A stretch of DNA of 64,000 nucleotides, from positions 1,612,001 through 1,676,000 of the forward strand of contig NW_027117347.1 in assembly GCF_038025025.1 (NCBI RefSeq), given 5' to 3'. The position numbers were made by a program, and so were the translations under genes. The DNA comes from Phyllosticta citribraziliensis. Lineage: Eukaryota. Shown here one piece after another: positions 60,239-64,000 of this stretch (positions are counted from its first letter, which is position 1; every line of letters begins with the position of its first letter). Below the pieces are notes generated by a model. The model ran no database searches, was not told the origin of the DNA, and worked only from the letters and a program-made list of their open reading frames with translations.

Positions 60239-63200
60239 ATGTCCGACTTCTCCATGTACCACGCCCTTGGGGCCCAAGCAGCAGCCTCAAATGGCGCTCA
60301 GCAGCCCCAGCAGCCCGCTGCTCAAAAACCCCGCCCGCCCGTAGCTCCGAGCCCTGGTGGCTACCAACAGACGGGCTCGTACGCTGGCACCCCCGCGAAC
60401 CAATATGCCTCGCCACAGCCGCCCAGCGCTGGATACGGAACACCGCAGCAGGAGCAGAGCTACTTCCCGCAGCAGCCTGGCTTCGAAAACGGACAGGCCG
60501 GCGTCGAGGGATTGACACAACAAATGGGAGCGGTGGGACTCGGGGTGGACACGCAGGGCCACGCGCCGGCGAGGCCAAAGAAGAAGGACAGGCACGCATA
60601 CCACCAGATTGAATCGACGGGTAGCTCGCAGGCCTTCAGCGGCATCCCCCAGGCCGGCGCGGGCACGCCGTCGCAATTCCTCAACCAGGAGCACCCGTAC
60701 GCCGGCCAGGCCATTACTCCGGCCATGAGCCAATTCCCCGCCGCCTCGAGCCAGTTCGCGCCCGCAAATCCCGCATCGTCCATGCAACATGCTGCGCGTG
60801 GCGTGACGCCGCTGAACGGCTCTGCCATTGCGGGCTCGTCGCAGGGCAAGGTCGATCCCGAGGCGATACCCAGCGTGCCCAGGTCGCGAGACGTGCCCGC
60901 GCAGTTTTACCTGGACCACGTCTATCCGACCATGGAGCAGCATCTCCCTCCGCCCGCTGCGATCCCGTTTGTGGCCTTTGACCAGGGCAACTCCAACCCC
61001 AAGTTTGCTCGCTTGACCCTCAATAGCATACCCTCGTCGCAGGACGCCCTGACCTCGACCGCGCTGCCCCTGGGAATGATATTACAACCGCTCGCGGCGC
61101 CGCAGGAGGGCGAGCAGCCGGTGCCGGTCTTGGACTTTGGAGAGGCGGGACCGCCGCGGTGCCGGAGGTGCAGGGCGTACATCAACCCCTTTATGTCCTT
61201 TAGGTCGGGCGGGAACAAGTTTGTCTGCAACATGTGCACGTTTCCCAACGACGTGGCGCCAGAGTACTTTGCGCCGACGGACCCCTCGGGCATCCGCGTG
61301 GATCGGCTGCAGAGGCCGGAGCTGACGCTCGGCACGGTGGATTTCATGGTCCCAAAAGAATATTGGTCCAAGGAGCCCGTCGGCCTGCGGTGGCTATTCT
61401 TGATTGATGTCAGCGCAGAGGCAATCAACAAGGGCTTTTTGGACGGGTTCTGCGAAGGCATCATGAGCGCGCTTTACGGAAGCGCAGGGGCAACACCGGA
61501 GGAGCAAGCAGACGGAAAGAAGCTGCCCAAGGGGGCCAAGGTCGGCATCGTGACGTACGACAAGGAGATTCACTTTTACAACCTGAGCTCGAGTCTCGAA
61601 AAGGCCCAGATGATGGTCATGCCCGACATTGAGGACCCGTTTGTCCCCCTGAGCGATGGCCTTTTTGTCGACCCCGAGGAATCCAAGTCGGTCATTGCGG
61701 CTCTTCTTACCCAGCTGCCAAACATGTTTGCGCAGATCAAGAACCCCGAGCCGACGTTGCTGCCGACGCTGCACGCCGCGATTGACGCGCTCAAGGCTAC
61801 GGGTGGCAAGATTGTGTGCTCGCTGGCATCTCTACCAACCTGGGGCCCAGGCAGGCTGTTCCTCCGTGACGACGGCAAGGTGCACGGCACGGACGCCGAA
61901 AAGAGGCTCTTTACTACGGAGCATCCAGGCTACAAAAAGATTGCGACCAAAATGGTCGAGAGCGGCATTGGCATCGACTTTTTCATGGCCGCGCCGAATG
62001 GCGGATACCTCGACATTGCGACGATTGGCCACGTCTCTGCCTTCACGGGCGGCGAAGTCTTTTACTTTCCCAACTTCCATGGCCCTCGGGATACCCTCAA
62101 GCTTTCCAAGGAAATCAAGCACACCGTCACGCGCGAGACTGGCTACCAGGCTCTGATGAAGGTGCGCTGCTCTAACGGGCTTCAAGTATCCGAATACCAC
62201 GGCAACTTTTACCACCACACGTTTGGTGCCGACTTGGAGTTTGGCGTCATTGACTCGGACAAGTCGATTGGCGTGCTCTTTAGCTATGACGGAAAGCTGG
62301 ACCCCAAGCTCGACGCCCACTTCCAGAGCGCGCTGCTCTACACGACGGCAAGTGGCGAGCGGCGAGTGAGATGTTGCAACTTGGTCGCAAGTGTCAATGA
62401 GAATGCCGTCGATACTATGCGCTTCGTGGACCAAGACGCCGTCGTCAGCATGATTGCCAAGCAAGCTGCAGACCGCATGGCAGAGCGGCCGCTGAAGGAA
62501 ATCCGCTCGGCCATTACCGAAAAGACTGTCGACATTCTCGCCGCGTATCGCAAAAACTTTTCACATGGCCATCCTCCGGGCCAGCTTGTTCTCCCCGAGC
62601 ATCTCAAAGAATTCAGCATGTTCACCCTCGCCCTCATCAAGTCGCGCGCCTTCAAGGGCGGCAAGGAGCCAACCGACCGCCGCGTCTACGAGATGCGCAT
62701 GATCAAGTCCATGGGCCCGCTCGAGCTCTCCCTCTACCTCTACCCTCGCATCTACTCGCTGCACAACCTGGCGGCAGAAGAGGGCTTCCCGACGGAAAAC
62801 GGCCGGCTACGCATGCCGCCGGGTATACGAGCCTCCTTTTCTAAGATCGAAGAAGGCGGCGCATACCTCGTCGACAACGGGCAGCAGGTGCTGCTGTGGC
62901 TGCACGCGGCCGTGTCGCCCAACCTCCTCGAGGACCTGTTCGGGCCCGGCGTGGCGGACCTGCGCCAGCTCGACCCGTTCCTCAACCAGATCCCCGTCCT
63001 GTCGACGCACCTCAACGCGCAGGCGCGCAACATGCTGCAGTACCTCGAGCAGGGCCGCGGCAGCAAGGCCGTCACCATCCAGCTGGCGCGCCAGGGCTTG
63101 GATGGCGCCGAGTACGAGTTTGCGCGCTTGCTGTACGAGGACCGCAACGGCGAGGCGCAGAGCTACGTCGATTGGCTGGTCCATGTGCATCGCAACATTC

Positions 63201-63602
63201 AGCTCGAGGTGAGTTGAGACTCTTTTCCATCTTTCGTCCCCTCCCATCCCCTCCTCTTCCTGCTCCGCCGTCGTCTTTTCCGCCCGATCCAGCGTGCTTT
63301 GATTAAACCTCTTTTCTTACGTCTCCTCTCCTCAAAGCTCGCGCCGCACTCGCACTTCCGCTCCTTCTGATGCGTTCGTCACTGCACCCGTCCTGTCTTC
63401 ACCACACCAACAACTTCTACCCGCCGCCGTCTGCCCCGACCTCTCTCCCCGAGTGAGTCCAGACATCTTTTGCCTATCCAAACGCTGACGCTCTCTTGTC
63501 TCCTCGCCGCAGCTCTCAGGCCACCGCAAGCGCGACGACGGCGCCGACTCGTCCGGCATGGCGTCCACTTTTGCCGGCCTGCGCACGCCGTACTGGGGGT
63601 GA
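60239..63602 (+). CDS. SFB3: COPII cargo adaptor Sec24C/D-type (Sfb3/Lst1-like)
   Basis: Zn finger PPRCRRCRAYINPF...CNMC; FLIDVS trunk domain; ALMKVRCSNGL; HFQSALLYTTASGERRVR; GQLVLPEHLK; gelsolin-like domain. Final intron 63209-63512 leads to LSGHRKRD...LRTPYWG*. Confidence 0.92.
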
Positions 63603-64000
63603 TTCGCGATTGTCGTGATGGTCGTGATGGTCGTGGAATGGAATGGATTAGGTTAAGCGGAGCGTCGTCGTTTCTTGTCCGTGGTGTTTTCTCTGCTTCG
63701 CGTCGTTGTTATTGTAGTTGTAGTTGCCTTTCGTTTTTTTTTTTTTTTTTTGGCCAGCCGCCACAGCTCGGCTCGGCTCGGCTCAGCTCATTCATCTTTT
63801 ATCTGTCTGTTGTCTGTCTGTCGTTGCGCTGCTGCTCCTGCTGCTGCCTTGCTGCGTCTGTGTAGCCCTGTAATATAGCCTTTTCTTGTTTCTTCGGTTT
63901 TTTTGGGTTGTGTTAGTGGTTGGCTGGGGGTTGGTGCGATGCGGTTGGATTGGCAGGTGGGCGTGGGATGGGATGGGATGGGATAGGATAGGATGGCTTT

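Overview
This is a gene-dense chromosomal segment from a filamentous ascomycete (Pezizomycotina, probably a Dothideomycete). The assignment rests on short GT-AG introns with CTRAC/CTAAT branch sites, GC-rich coding sequence and microsatellite-rich spacers. About 23 intron-containing or single-exon protein-coding genes can be read. These are RFA1 (truncated by the left edge), a dienelactone hydrolase, SLD5, a Cdc25/Mih1 phosphatase, POL5, UBP14, ISU1, IST1, a Cir_N/LENG1-like protein, RPL19, a glyoxalase/VOC protein, RQC2, RET3, a probable mitochondrial helical-repeat protein, a small orphan ORF, ADE2, a mitochondrial carrier, RPL18, an Msc2-like zinc CDF transporter, ALG1, a TFIIIC subunit, a membrane-anchored hypothetical protein and a Sec24C/Sfb3-like gene. 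I recognised no tRNA, rRNA, transposon or CRISPR array. The most notable locus is the Fe-S scaffold gene ISU1. Its first intron restores the conserved YHEKVLDHY motif only if spliced as a non-canonical AT...AC intron, and that intron holds an in-frame ATG that would bypass the mitochondrial presequence. About 1.2 kb downstream, in a convergent spacer with no evident gene, three ATCWGATA(A) SreA-type iron-repressor motifs lie upstream of a minus-strand TATA box that points back at ISU1. This suggests a hypothetical iron-regulated antisense or non-coding transcript. Other oddities are a GC-AG intron in IST1, a possible non-AUG mitochondrial extension on ADE2 and a possible stop-containing alternative exon in SEC24C. 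Product calls come from motif recall, not database searches.
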